Source: Aquirufa sp. (GTDB lineage: Bacteria; Bacteroidota; Bacteroidia; Cytophagales; Spirosomataceae). From it: a DNA stretch of 64,000 nucleotides. This document shows positions 29,631-39,868 of the stretch, one piece after another. Every line of letters starts with the position of its first letter. Position 1 is the stretch's first letter. The translations under genes were made by a program, and so were the position numbers. The notes under the pieces were generated by a model. The model searched no databases and was not told the DNA's origin. It saw only the letters and a program-made list of their open reading frames with translations. The stretch lies in assembly GCF_044377215.1 (NCBI RefSeq), contig NZ_JBILJM010000010.1, positions 13,276 to 77,275 on the forward strand, in the 5' to 3' direction.

Positions 29631-31049
29631 ATGCTCATCGGATTTGTTGTTTTTTACCTTCTTTTGAACTTGGTCGTTGGCTGGTGGGCCAGTCGGAAAG
29701 TCCATACTGCTAGCGATTTTGTGCTTGCGGGTCGTTCCTTGCCGTATGCCTTGGCCACAATGGTCACGTTTGCAACCTGGTTTGGATCTGAAACATTGCT
29801 CGGCGCGCCGCGCGAATTTGTCCATGGCGGCGTTCTATCCATTATTGAAGAGCCTTTTGGCGCAGCACTTGGTTTACTAATTGTGGGCATGATCTATGCC
29901 AAAAAACTTTATCCCCTCCCCGTCCTTACTTTCAGTGATTATTTCCGCATTCGGTTTGGAGGGTTGTCAGAAAAGCTATCTGCCCTCGTGATGATTCCCT
30001 CGTATTTTGGTTGGATTTCTGCACAGTTAGTCGCCTTGGGATTGACCATGCATTTATTACTCCCAATTTCCACGGAATGGGGCATTGTGATCGGCGCTGT
30101 TTTGGTGATGACGTATACGTTGATGGGTGGGATGTGGTCGATTTCGATCACCGACTTCCTCCATAATTTAATCTTAATTGCTGGGCTTTTGTTACTAGCC
30201 TATTTGATGTGGGATAAAATTCCAGATTGGCAGGTATTTTTAGCCGAGCAACCCAACGGTTTTTTCCGCTTTACCCCAAAAGAAAATACGACGACCTCCT
30301 GGCTAACTTATCTGGCGGCATGGATTACGATCGGTTTTGGGAGCATTCCACAGCAGGATATTTTCCAACGGGTGATGTCGGCCGCCACCGGAAAAATCGC
30401 GGCTAAAGCCAGCATCACTGCCGGCATCATGTACATTTCAATCGCCTTATTACCCTTGATGATTGCCCTCGTGGGAGTGCGTTTATATCCGGAATTGTTG
30501 CAGGACGATATGCTGTTGATTCCGAATTTGGTGATGAAGTTTACGCCTTATGCGATGCAGATTCTATTTTTAGGCGCATTATTATCTGCCTTGTTAAGCA
30601 CGACAAGTGGTGCGATTTTAGCACCAGCGAGTGTTTTGGGGGAGAATCTTTGGAAGCCTTTATTGAAAAATCCATCCGATAAATCGGTCTTATTGGTCAT
30701 CCGAATATCGGTGGTTGTGGTGACGGGGGCTTGTATATTGATGGCAATCAGCCGACAAAATATTTTCGAGCTCGTGGGAGAAGCGTCAGCATTTAGTTTG
30801 GTTTCATTGTTTATTCCGCTGAATGCGGGTCTGTGGTGGAAACGTGCGAGTGCGATGGGTAGTCACCTAAGCATGTTGGGTGGTTTATTTGTCTGGGCCT
30901 ACTTTCATTTTATGGCACCCACGGAAATTCCGTCGATTTGGTATGGCTTATTGGCCAGTGGATTGGGGTTGCTTTTCGGAACTTACGTTTGGCCTAATCG
31001 ATCCAAGGCTGATCGATCGTCCCCACATATCTCCCCTGCGACTGAGTAA
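29631..31049 (+). CDS. Sodium:solute symporter family transporter
   Basis: SDFVLAGRSL, TFATWFGSET, YTLMGGMWSI.ITD and QDIFQRV motifs. Confidence 0.88.
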   Translation: MLIGFVVFYLLLNLVVGWWASRKVHTASDFVLAGRSLPYALATMVTFATWFGSETLLGAPREFVHGGVLSIIEEPFGAALGLLIVGMIYAKKLYPLPVLTFSDYFRIRFGGLSEKLSALVMIPSYFGWISAQLVALGLTMHLLLPISTEWGIVIGAVLVMTYTLMGGMWSISITDFLHNLILIAGLLLLAYLMWDKIPDWQVFLAEQPNGFFRFTPKENTTTSWLTYLAAWITIGFGSIPQQDIFQRVMSAATGKIAAKASITAGIMYISIALLPLMIALVGVRLYPELLQDDMLLIPNLVMKFTPYAMQILFLGALLSALLSTTSGAILAPASVLGENLWKPLLKNPSDKSVLLVIRISVVVVTGACILMAISRQNIFELVGEASAFSLVSLFIPLNAGLWWKRASAMGSHLSMLGGLFVWAYFHFMAPTEIPSIWYGLLASGLGLLFGTYVWPNRSKADRSSPHISPATE

Positions 31050-31434
31050 AGATTAAATCTTGCAGTTCCACACCTACGTTTGGATACATGTGCACGTCGC
31101 TGAGTTGGGAAACAGGCAACCAAAGCACCTCCATAGCCGTCGTTTCATTCGGTTGGAGCACCGGAATTCCGCCAAGAATCTCGCCAGAAAACAAGATATG
31201 AAGTGATGTGGGACGTTTATCTGTTGCTTGAATTTCACCCATGAGCATTAGTGGGCCCACTTCCACGTCAATACCTAACTCTTCCAAACATTCGCGCGCT
31301 ACGGTTTCTGGAAATGATTCCCCAGGATCTGTATTTCCACCGGGCAAATTGTAAATAAAATTAGTACCGTATTGGTACTTCATGACTAACACGTGATTAT
31401 TTTCGAGGATAACTAAGGCGGGTCTACAGCGCAT
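30994..31434 (-). CDS. NUDIX hydrolase (start refined)
   Basis: Complete Nudix box GGNTDPGESFPETVARECLEELG. Confidence 0.85.
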   Translation of the reverse strand: MRCRPALVILENNHVLVMKYQYGTNFIYNLPGGNTDPGESFPETVARECLEELGIDVEVGPLMLMGEIQATDKRPTSLHILFSGEILGGIPVLQPNETTAMEVLWLPVSQLSDVHMYPNVGVELQDLIFTQSQGRYVGTIDQPWID

Positions 31435-31480
31435 GTGGTAATTAAAACGTATCTCAATATACATTATTTTTTTAAATGTC

Positions 31481-31488
31481 TACCTTTG
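31481..31488 (+). promoter_or_regulatory. -7 box TACCTTTG for Nif3/Zn-ribbon genes
   Basis: TAnnTTTG match 20 nt before ATG 31509. Confidence 0.55.
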
Positions 31489-31508
31489 TGCGACCTAAAT
31501 CACTTGGT

Positions 31509-32603
31509 ATGCTGGTACACGATATATGTTCATCCATGGAAACATGGGCGCCACTCGCTTGGCAAGAATCCTATGATAATTCAGGTTTGTTGACAGGTAA
31601 CCGTTCGCAAAAAGTCACGGGGGTCTTGGTCAGTTTTGATTGTACGGAGGCTGTTGTCGAAGAGGCCATAGCCAAAGGATGCAATATGATTGTGGCGCAT
31701 CACCCCATTTTATTTAAGGGAATTAAGCAACTGACTGGGCGAGATTATGTGGAGCGGACGCTCATTTTAGCTATCAAAAATGATATTGCGCTTTATGCAT
31801 CGCATACGAATTTAGATCATGCGCCTAAGGGAGTCAGCTATCAGTTGGCCCAAAAACTGGAACTTCAAGCCGGTAAGGTCTTGCGTCCGATGCGTGATGC
31901 ATTGCGCCAACTCACCTATTTTGTTCCTGAGGCGGATGCGGAGAAAGTTCGCGCAGCATTGCATGCGGTGGGTGCGGGTAATATTGGCGAATATTCGGCG
32001 TGTAGTTTTTCAGGCGCGGGAACCGGTCGGTTTACTCCATCGGATACCGCCAATCCCACCATCGGCCAGGTCGGCAAATCAGAAGAGGTCGCAGAGTTAA
32101 AAGTGGATATGTTATTCCCAAAACACCTCGAATCAACCGTATTAGGCACACTTTTCACGTCACACCCCTATGAGGAGGTGGCATATTTTGTAACATCCTT
32201 GGGAAATTCGTGGCAAGATGTGGGCGCTGGCTTTGTTGGTGAATTACCTCAGGCCATGTCATCGAGCGAATTTACATCGTATGTAAAAGAAAAGCTTGGA
32301 TTGACCTATTTTAGGCATACGCCTTGGTTGGGTAAATCGATCAAACGAATTGCCTTGTGCGGGGGAGCGGGAAGTTTCTTATTGGCCGATGCCATTCATA
32401 CACAGGCAGATGTCTACATCAGTGGTGATTTTAAATATCATGAGTTCTTTGACGCAGAAAATCACTTGACGATCTGCGATATTGGGCATTATGAATCCGA
32501 AGTCATGATAAAGGATACCATCCATGAATATTTATCAAATAATTTTAGTACTTTTGCCGTTCTGAAAAGTATGACCCAGACCAATCCTGTGAGTCTTGCT
32601 TAG
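31509..32603 (+). CDS. Nif3-like dinuclear metal centre protein (GTP cyclohydrolase I type 2 homolog) with PII-like insert
   Basis: QESYDNSGL, AHHPILF, HTNLD, HPYEEVA, GDFKYH and GHYESE motifs. Confidence 0.92.
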   Translation: MLVHDICSSMETWAPLAWQESYDNSGLLTGNRSQKVTGVLVSFDCTEAVVEEAIAKGCNMIVAHHPILFKGIKQLTGRDYVERTLILAIKNDIALYASHTNLDHAPKGVSYQLAQKLELQAGKVLRPMRDALRQLTYFVPEADAEKVRAALHAVGAGNIGEYSACSFSGAGTGRFTPSDTANPTIGQVGKSEEVAELKVDMLFPKHLESTVLGTLFTSHPYEEVAYFVTSLGNSWQDVGAGFVGELPQAMSSSEFTSYVKEKLGLTYFRHTPWLGKSIKRIALCGGAGSFLLADAIHTQADVYISGDFKYHEFFDAENHLTICDIGHYESEVMIKDTIHEYLSNNFSTFAVLKSMTQTNPVSLA

Positions 32604-32643
32604 AGATTAGAGCGAATTAATATTTTCAAACGCAACAATAATA

Positions 32644-33474
32644 ATGGCTACAGTTACCGAAACTACAATTGCCCAAAAGTTAGAAGCATTATTAAAGCTT
32701 CAAACCATTGATTCAGCCTTAGACAATATCAAGAAAGTACGAGGTGATTTACCTGAAGAGGTTCGTGATTTAGAGGATGAGATCGCAGGTTTAGAAACAC
32801 GTTTAACCAAATTTCAAGCTGAAATAGCGTCATTCGAGGAGCAAATCGCGAATTACAAAGTTTCTAAAAAGGATTCTGAGAAGCTTATTGTCAAATACAA
32901 GGAGCAACAAATGAATGTGCGTAACAACCGTGAATTCGAAGCTATTTCGAAAGAGGTTGAGTTACAAGGTTTGGAAATGGAGATTGCCGACAAGCGTATC
33001 AAGGAAATCGATTTCAAAATTTTGAACAAAAATGATGAGATTGCTGGGGTAGAATCCAACTTATTTGAACGTAAAAAAGACCTTGAGATTAAGCAAAAAG
33101 AACTTGAGGTAATCATTAGCGAAAGCGAAGAAGACGAGCAAAAAGGATTGAAAGATCGTGAAAAAGCGTTGAAGAGCGTGGATGCACGCCTATTGAAATC
33201 TTACGAAAAATTGCGTGGAAACGCCATTAATGGCTTAGCAGTTGTTTTAGTAAAGCGTGGCGCTTGTGGTGGATGTTTCAGTTCTGTTCCTCCGCAACGT
33301 CAAACAGATATCAAAGACAAGAAAAAAATAATCGTTTGCGAACATTGCGGACGTATCTTGGGTGGAGTTGAAGATCCAATTCCAGCACCGGAAAAAGAGA
33401 AAAAACCGCGTGGAAAAGCTGCAATTGCAGCTGCCGCTGCAGCTACTGCAGCAGCAGCAACAGTCGCAGAATAA
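32644..33474 (+). CDS. Coiled-coil C4-type zinc-ribbon protein (CT398/DUF164-like)
   Basis: Long coiled coil, CGGC...CEHCGRIL; canonical partner downstream of Nif3. Confidence 0.88.
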   Translation: MATVTETTIAQKLEALLKLQTIDSALDNIKKVRGDLPEEVRDLEDEIAGLETRLTKFQAEIASFEEQIANYKVSKKDSEKLIVKYKEQQMNVRNNREFEAISKEVELQGLEMEIADKRIKEIDFKILNKNDEIAGVESNLFERKKDLEIKQKELEVIISESEEDEQKGLKDREKALKSVDARLLKSYEKLRGNAINGLAVVLVKRGACGGCFSSVPPQRQTDIKDKKKIIVCEHCGRILGGVEDPIPAPEKEKKPRGKAAIAAAAAATAAAATVAE

Positions 33475-33489
33475 TTCGCGTTAGAACAC

Positions 33490-33526
33490 AAAAAAACCTG
33501 ATGATTAATTTCATCAGGTTTTTTTT
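33490..33526. terminator. Bidirectional intrinsic terminator
   Basis: A7-CCTGATGA-TTAATT-TCATCAGG-T8 between convergent genes. Confidence 0.85.
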
Positions 33527-33544
33527 ATGGCTTTTGATTAAAGC

Positions 33545-34390
33545 TTACTTCTTGAGCATGGCCAGCAAAGCTCCTAGTTTGTCCTTCATCTCCTTACGGT
33601 CTACGATGAAATCCAAAAATCCGTGATCCAAAACAAAGTCGGCACTTTGAAAACCTTTCGGCAAATCCTTCCCAATCGTCTCTTTAATGACACGTGGTCC
33701 AGCAAAACCAATCAATGCACCAGGTTCCGCAATATTAAAATCACCTAGCATCGCGAATGAAGCGGTTACTCCACCGGTAGTGGGATCTGTTAACAATGAG
33801 ATGTAAGGTAGTTTAGCTTCTGCTAATAAGGCTAAGCGAGCCGATGTTTTCGCCATTTGCATTAAGGAGAAACCTGCCTCCATCATGCGCGCTCCACCTG
33901 AACGCGAAATCATCAAAAAAGGTGTTTTTGTTTTTATCGAGTAATCAATTGCGCGTGAAATTTTCTCTCCTACGACAGATCCCATCGAACCACCGATAAA
34001 ACTAAAATCCATGGCCGCAATCGTAATTGGTAAGCCATTCATTTCACCATAGGCCGCACGCACGGCATCTTTTAAGCCTGTTTTATCCTCTGTGGCTTTT
34101 ACTCGGTCCGTGTATTTCTTCGTATCCGTAAAATTCAATGGGTCACCAGAACTCATCATTGGGTCGATTTCTGTGTACCTAGACTGATCGAACAACAACT
34201 CAAAATATTCTTGTGAACCTATTTTTTCGTGGTAATTACAGCTTGAACAAGTAAAGGCGAATAAGCGGTGCTCACGTGTGTGAAGCGCTTTTTTACACGA
34301 TGGACATTGGTACCAAAGGCCATCTGGAGAATCACGTTTAAACTCTGTAGGGGTTTGAATCCCTTTATCCTTTCGCGTAAACCAAGACAT
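33545..34390 (-). CDS. accD: Acetyl-CoA carboxylase carboxyltransferase beta subunit (start refined)
   Basis: CPSC..CSSC zinc finger, [19 protein letters not shown] and [10 protein letters not shown] motifs. Confidence 0.95.
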   Translation of the reverse strand: MSWFTRKDKGIQTPTEFKRDSPDGLWYQCPSCKKALHTREHRLFAFTCSSCNYHEKIGSQEYFELLFDQSRYTEIDPMMSSGDPLNFTDTKKYTDRVKATEDKTGLKDAVRAAYGEMNGLPITIAAMDFSFIGGSMGSVVGEKISRAIDYSIKTKTPFLMISRSGGARMMEAGFSLMQMAKTSARLALLAEAKLPYISLLTDPTTGGVTASFAMLGDFNIAEPGALIGFAGPRVIKETIGKDLPKGFQSADFVLDHGFLDFIVDRKEMKDKLGALLAMLKK

Positions 34391-34430
34391 AATCAATTAA
34401 TTAAATGATACCGATTACTCGGATGAACTG

Positions 34431-34438
34431 CAAAGGTA
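34431..34438 (-). promoter_or_regulatory. -7 box TACCTTTG for accD
   Basis: CAAAGGTA on + strand 40 nt upstream of accD. Confidence 0.55.
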
Positions 34439-34471
34439 ATTAAAAAGCTTCGCAAGGAAAAAACCACCTAG

Positions 34472-37396
34472 CTATTTCACTAAAATCACACGCCGATTAA
34501 TCACCCGTTTTTCCGTTCTAAGCTCAATGAAATACGAACCAACTGCTTGTTCGCTTAGGTCCAACATATAATCTAGTTGGCCTTGAACAGGTATCGTTTC
34601 CGGACGTAACATAACTTTCCCCTGCATATCCAACACACGCAGCATCACACTTCGTTCATCGCTCGCTAAGCTAGCCTGTACACGCAGCCGACCGGTAGTT
34701 GGATTTGGACTAAGCGTAACGCCCGCCCCTAACGCACTCGGCTCATTACTTAGAATAATAATCGTAATCGCATTCGACTCACCCGTCGCACAAACGGCAT
34801 TCACCTGCGCTTTTACCGTGTACACTCCCGGCTCAGTGGTGGTCAAGGTAGATGAACTTTGGCCTGGAATCACGTTTCCATTTCGAAGCCAAATGAAGGT
34901 TACCCCCGGATATTCAGAAGTAACGGCAAGAACTTGCTCCGACTGCTTAAATAAAAATGGCACATTAAAGGCACATTTTTGAACTTCAGAACAACCATTG
35001 GCATCTACTTTAGCCCCCGCAGCTGTGCCAAGACATTTATCTATGGAATCATCTACGCCGTCTTTATCTAAATCAACAGGTATAATTGGTTCTTGAATTT
35101 TCAAATTATCGACAGACCATCCCCAGCCATGCGCACCCACGTCCGCATGCAAACGGAACCGAATAAGCACTTGATCACCCGATTTAAACTTGCCAGAGGA
35201 TAGTAAGTTGATTTCACGATTTCGTATCAGTGCGGCTGTTGGCGTTGCTGTTGAATTACCCTCATTATCTACCGCACTATTCCAGGCATTTAACCAAATA
35301 GAATTAGCATTCGAATCCCATCCATTGGTAAAATTAGACCACGTCAATCCGCCATCATTTGACCCTTGAACGATCACATAATCGAAGAAGCTACGGTTAA
35401 TTGTTCCATCGGAATTCAAAAACGCTTCACCAGCTTCACCGGGTTCCACTAACACGATTTCATCAAAACTCATAATGGATTTAACCGCATTCAGCTTAAT
35501 CGGTTTCAATAAAACGGCATCTGAATTCGTGAATCTATCTGTTCCATTTCCTCCATCATACGATTCTTCCGACCCATCGGCATATGGATGAGCGGTTTGC
35601 AAAGCAGAAGTAGTAAACCCTGCTGCCTTCCCAATAGCCATTCCCTTCAAATAAAATTCGGGCAAATTGGTATCAAAAGTTTGCAAGTACGTGGTCTCAA
35701 CGGGCAAAATACCCAATACTTTGACATCATAAAACCCGCTGCTCGGACTTGTAACCGTATTTAAAGCCTTGGCCGCATCTTGAACAACAACCCGATATTT
35801 TAAAACATCGCCGGGTTTAATTTCGCCACTGGTAAAATTAAAGGAATTTGAAAAGGTAGTTGACGTACCAGCAACCAATTGAAAATCTTTACGCTTCAGC
35901 GGCCCATTATTGATCGCATATTCCATATAAACCGCACTCAAGCCGATATTATCGGATGCCAAAAGCGTAGTCAGTGGAATCGTAGTCTGTGAAGAAAAAA
36001 TGTAGTTCAGTCGGTTTGCATATACCATTCTAGGTTTCACCGTATCTACACCAATATTAAACTCGAAAAAACTGCCAATTTTTGTGTTTGCAATGACCGG
36101 GGCCTCAGCAGGCGCTGTGATCTTTTTCCCCGACGGCTCATTAGCCATCCAATAATACCGCACATTCCGATCTCCAGAAGCCGGAGGCAATTTATAGGTA
36201 TAGGTATTTCCAGTTCGCGTCAATGGCATCGATGTGGCCGATAAAATACTTTTGTTTACGGAGAGCATTAATTTGACAGAATTTTCGGCCAATAAAGTGT
36301 CCGAATAAACAGTGGCAGAAATGGAGATATCTGAAGTTGTATTTTCCGAATCAGGTAAATCTGTGGCGATGATATTGGTCGAATACCAACCAAAATCAGC
36401 GAAAGCGGATGTTACAATGGGTCCTACTTGATGCGTAATCTCACCGCGTGCAATTTGAGGTGTCATAAGTGAGTTTGGATCACCTACCTGGTACGTGGCT
36501 TGATCAACGTGGTACACACTTGAACCTGGCGAATACGTTCGTGGAGAATATAAATTCGCAACGATACCCCCGTTATTTTGAAGAATTTTATGGGATGATA
36601 GTTGGAGATTTGTGGACGTAATCGCCGTCTTCAATTCAAGGGATGGATTGGATATTTTGGTGGTATCCGTAACGGAAATACCTGTTTCTGTCTTAATATA
36701 CTGATCAAAAATTCCCGGAAGACCATAACTTCCCTCACTCTGATCATCACTCAATCCGAGCTGTCCGATAAATCCGAGACCATGCCCAAACTCATGCAAA
36801 ACCACCGAAAAAAGGTCAATTTGATTAATAGCAGGTACCCCTTCTGTATTAATATACCAATCTGAAAAATCAGAATTAAACGTCGCGAAAACATCTGGAT
36901 CTGTTCCATTTAAGTTACGATGTGACATCTTCTCAGCTAATGCGATGGGATACCATGTATTTAGCCGATTACTACCAGCAAAATTTCGTACCACGGTGGA
37001 AGCACCAGCGCTGCCTAAAACACCAGTAGCAAGTGGGCGCCAACGGACAAAAATTTGAATAGGCACGTCCGAGATAAGCGTGTTCGCCCATACGCCTGCC
37101 GCTTTTTCAAAAACTGCCTTTACATTAGCTGGCGGTGGCGTTTCATAAGACACAATTACCTGTGTCGAACTTTGAGAGCCTTGTGTAGAAAACGTAGCCA
37201 TTCCAGACCGATTCTTTGACTCTTCCAAAATTCGCTTGGAATAACCATCTGGTAATTCACGATGAATTCCCGACTTTTCAGGCGTATATTCCTCGACTTG
37301 TTGGCCCGGCTTAAACTCAATAGATAAGCTCTTTTGACCCATAACAGATCCAGCCAAACAACAAAACCCAATCAAAAAGCAGTAAAATCTGTTCAT
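34472..37396 (-). CDS. T9SS-secreted multidomain protein with zinc metalloprotease-like domain
   Basis: Signal peptide; LHEFGHGLGF (HExxH); DLDKDGVDDSIDKC Ca-binding repeat; C-terminal PNPTTG...GSYFIEL sorting domain. Confidence 0.82.
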   Translation of the reverse strand: MNRFYCFLIGFCCLAGSVMGQKSLSIEFKPGQQVEEYTPEKSGIHRELPDGYSKRILEESKNRSGMATFSTQGSQSSTQVIVSYETPPPANVKAVFEKAAGVWANTLISDVPIQIFVRWRPLATGVLGSAGASTVVRNFAGSNRLNTWYPIALAEKMSHRNLNGTDPDVFATFNSDFSDWYINTEGVPAINQIDLFSVVLHEFGHGLGFIGQLGLSDDQSEGSYGLPGIFDQYIKTETGISVTDTTKISNPSLELKTAITSTNLQLSSHKILQNNGGIVANLYSPRTYSPGSSVYHVDQATYQVGDPNSLMTPQIARGEITHQVGPIVTSAFADFGWYSTNIIATDLPDSENTTSDISISATVYSDTLLAENSVKLMLSVNKSILSATSMPLTRTGNTYTYKLPPASGDRNVRYYWMANEPSGKKITAPAEAPVIANTKIGSFFEFNIGVDTVKPRMVYANRLNYIFSSQTTIPLTTLLASDNIGLSAVYMEYAINNGPLKRKDFQLVAGTSTTFSNSFNFTSGEIKPGDVLKYRVVVQDAAKALNTVTSPSSGFYDVKVLGILPVETTYLQTFDTNLPEFYLKGMAIGKAAGFTTSALQTAHPYADGSEESYDGGNGTDRFTNSDAVLLKPIKLNAVKSIMSFDEIVLVEPGEAGEAFLNSDGTINRSFFDYVIVQGSNDGGLTWSNFTNGWDSNANSIWLNAWNSAVDNEGNSTATPTAALIRNREINLLSSGKFKSGDQVLIRFRLHADVGAHGWGWSVDNLKIQEPIIPVDLDKDGVDDSIDKCLGTAAGAKVDANGCSEVQKCAFNVPFLFKQSEQVLAVTSEYPGVTFIWLRNGNVIPGQSSSTLTTTEPGVYTVKAQVNAVCATGESNAITIIILSNEPSALGAGVTLSPNPTTGRLRVQASLASDERSVMLRVLDMQGKVMLRPETIPVQGQLDYMLDLSEQAVGSYFIELRTEKRVINRRVILVK

Positions 37397-37416
37397 TATA
37401 TAAAGTTAAGCAAGTC

Positions 37417-38067
37417 CTAATTACAATTTAATAATGTATCAAACAAGTTGGCAAAATCTGGCCGTACCACATCCGTATGTGCTAATTCCGCTGGTGTATG
37501 CGAAGTACTAATTCCTACGACCCGCATGCCGGCCGACTGCCCCGCTGCGATGCCTTGTAAGGAATCTTCAATTACCCAGCATTGTGCGGGTTCAACCCCT
37601 ACAAGGCTAGCCGCCTTCACGTATATTTCAGGATCTGGTTTCCCTTTGCGCACTTCTGCACCGCCGATAATCGCATCGAATTGATCTCTAATTCCAAGGC
37701 CATCCAAAATAAAATCAATATTTCCCGGGCCAGCAGATGTAGCTAATGCCGTTTTAATTCCATGAGCGCGTAATGTTTGGAGAAACACCAACAACCCTGG
37801 TGCAGGATTAATGTGATCTCGGTAAAAATCACGGTAAATGAGCTCTTTTTCATCCTCCAGTACCTCGATTTCAGCTCGTGACATCTCCCGCTTATAAAAC
37901 CATTCAAAAGTATCTTTGGAATTCATCCCGTTTAACTCCTGATAAAAAATCTCTCGGGTCAACTGTATATTTTTACGTTCGCAAAAAAGCAACCAAGCAT
38001 CTACGTGATAGGGCAAGTTATCCACCACCACACCATCCATATCAAAAAGTACTGCTTGGAAATTCAT
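37417..38067 (-). CDS. HAD family phosphatase (beta-phosphoglucomutase-like)
   Basis: FDMDGVVVD, ATS, GKPDPEIY and VIEDS motifs. Confidence 0.9.
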   Translation of the reverse strand: MNFQAVLFDMDGVVVDNLPYHVDAWLLFCERKNIQLTREIFYQELNGMNSKDTFEWFYKREMSRAEIEVLEDEKELIYRDFYRDHINPAPGLLVFLQTLRAHGIKTALATSAGPGNIDFILDGLGIRDQFDAIIGGAEVRKGKPDPEIYVKAASLVGVEPAQCWVIEDSLQGIAAGQSAGMRVVGISTSHTPAELAHTDVVRPDFANLFDTLLNCN

Positions 38068-38070
38068 AGC

Positions 38071-38841
38071 TTATACCTCTAAAGTTAATCCGTCAAAGGC
38101 CAAGTGTACATGGGGAGGCAACTCTTTTTCAACCTCGGCATGCAAACCCATCATGTGACTGATGTGCGTTATATACGCCTTTTTAGGCTTTATTTTTTCA
38201 ATAACCTCAAGCGCTTCTTCCAACGTAAAGTGTGAAATATGCGTCGTTTTTCGAAGTGCATTTATGACAAGAACTTGGGACCCTTTTACCTTCTCAAGTT
38301 CCTCATCGGAAATAAAATTAGCATCCGTGATGTATGTAAAATCTCCGAAACGAAAGCCGAGCACATCTAAATAATAATGCTTAACTAAAATGGGAATGAT
38401 TGAGACGCCGGCAATGGTAAATGGCCGATTTTCAATTTCGTGCACTTCGATTTCGGGTACACCTGGATATTTGTCCTCAGCAAAAGCATAGGCAAATTCC
38501 CGCTTCAATTGCTCGATAACGGGTGCTTGCGCGTACAGCGGAATACTTGACTTTTGGGCATAATTAAATCCACGAATGTCATCCATACCTGCGGTATGAT
38601 CCTTATGTTCGTGGGTATATAAAACAGCATCTACGCGCTGAATACCCGCCCGTAAGATTTGTTGGCGAAAATCTGGTCCCGTATCAATAATAAAACTTTT
38701 TCCTTCGGTTTCAATATGCATGGAAACGCGAAGACGCTGATCGCATGGATCTGTGGAGCGACATACTTCACAGGAACAAGCAATCATCGGAATCCCTTGA
38801 GAGGTCCCTGTACCCAGAAACCTTACGTGGACCTGGGACAT
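38071..38841 (-). CDS. MBL-fold metallo-hydrolase (PhnP/YycJ-like)
   Basis: LGTGTSQGIP, IDTGPD, THEHKDHTAGMDD and HISH motifs. Confidence 0.9.
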   Translation of the reverse strand: MSQVHVRFLGTGTSQGIPMIACSCEVCRSTDPCDQRLRVSMHIETEGKSFIIDTGPDFRQQILRAGIQRVDAVLYTHEHKDHTAGMDDIRGFNYAQKSSIPLYAQAPVIEQLKREFAYAFAEDKYPGVPEIEVHEIENRPFTIAGVSIIPILVKHYYLDVLGFRFGDFTYITDANFISDEELEKVKGSQVLVINALRKTTHISHFTLEEALEVIEKIKPKKAYITHISHMMGLHAEVEKELPPHVHLAFDGLTLEV

Positions 38842-38845
38842 CGAA

Positions 38846-39214
38846 TTATTCAGTTAATGACTTAACTGTCGAAACAAGTGCGTCAAAATTAAGTGGCTTG
38901 GCCAAGAAATCATCGAAACCAGCAGCCTTGAAATCTTCCATGGAATAATTACGGGCATTACCTGTAATGGCAATCATCGGAATTTTTGATTTCTGGGAAT
39001 CAGCGAGTGCGCGAACGGCTTTGGCGCAATCCATTCCGTCCATCACAGGCATATTGATATCCAATAAAAGCACATCAAAATCAGCTTTAGCTAATTCGTC
39101 TAACACTTGCTGGCCATTCTTAACTGCATGAATCTCAAAATTTTGAAACTCTAAAATTTTACGCGCTAAATTTTGGATGACAGAACTATCTTCGGCGATC
39201 AATACTTTTTTCAT
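38846..39214 (-). CDS. Stand-alone response regulator receiver domain
   Basis: AEDS, LLDINMPVMDG, ITG and AKP receiver motifs; no output domain. Confidence 0.9.
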   Translation of the reverse strand: MKKVLIAEDSSVIQNLARKILEFQNFEIHAVKNGQQVLDELAKADFDVLLLDINMPVMDGMDCAKAVRALADSQKSKIPMIAITGNARNYSMEDFKAAGFDDFLAKPLNFDALVSTVKSLTE

Positions 39215-39287
39215 AGGAGTACGTTATACATGATGGAGGAAAACCTCACAATTGGGTAAAAATAGGGAAACAAAAGAAATTAAGCAA

Positions 39288-39318
39288 TAAAAAAAGCGAC
39301 CCTTTTGAGGTCGCTTTT
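39288..39318 (-). terminator. Intrinsic terminator after the DUF2911 gene
   Basis: AAAAGCGACC/GGTCGCTTTT stem, with T-run on the minus strand. Confidence 0.75.
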
Positions 39319-39336
39319 AAAAAGAATTTGAATCAC

Positions 39337-39846
39337 TTATTTCACATAGATAGAAACAGATGATTTATCCCAATCTAGGCTAATTTGTCCTTGTGGAGAT
39401 ACACTGATGTTGAATTGCTCGGTCATCGCGTGCTCGCTAACTTTTCCAGTAACACGTAACACATCTTTTTCAGCTTTGTAGGTATAAGCTCCCCATTGCT
39501 TTGCATCGCTATTAAAAATAACCGTCCATTCCGTCGTTCCTGGGATAGAAAATAAAGAGTAAACTCCTTTTGCCAACGGCTTTCCTTGGATTGTCACATC
39601 ATTCGAAAATTCGATGGTTGTCGCATCATTCGCTCCAGTTCTCCAAACTTCTCCGTAAGGGACTAACGCTTTTTGTTCTTTCGTACCGAATACCAAACGT
39701 CCTTTTACAGAAGGCTTGGCGTATTTAACCATAACTTCTGTATTGCCCACTTTTTGAATAACAACTGCTGGTGGCGATGCAGGAGCTTTTTGTGCAAAAG
39801 CACCAAAACTCAACACACTCATTAAAATCACTAAGTACTTTTTCAT
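39337..39846 (-). CDS. DUF2911 domain protein, secreted
   Basis: PASP, YAKPSVKGR.VFG, VPYGEVWRTGAN and WGAYTY motifs. Confidence 0.88.
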   Translation of the reverse strand: MKKYLVILMSVLSFGAFAQKAPASPPAVVIQKVGNTEVMVKYAKPSVKGRLVFGTKEQKALVPYGEVWRTGANDATTIEFSNDVTIQGKPLAKGVYSLFSIPGTTEWTVIFNSDAKQWGAYTYKAEKDVLRVTGKVSEHAMTEQFNISVSPQGQISLDWDKSSVSIYVK

Positions 39847-39868
39847 AATTCGATTTCGTTTAAATTTT

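Noticed and set aside
31509-33474. Nif3 plus zinc-ribbon gene pair as a novel system
   Set aside because: Widely conserved, already described pairing
38846-39214. Orphan receiver protein as part of a new signalling system
   Set aside because: Stand-alone receivers are common in Cytophagales and no kinase or Hpt partner is adjacent to support a claim
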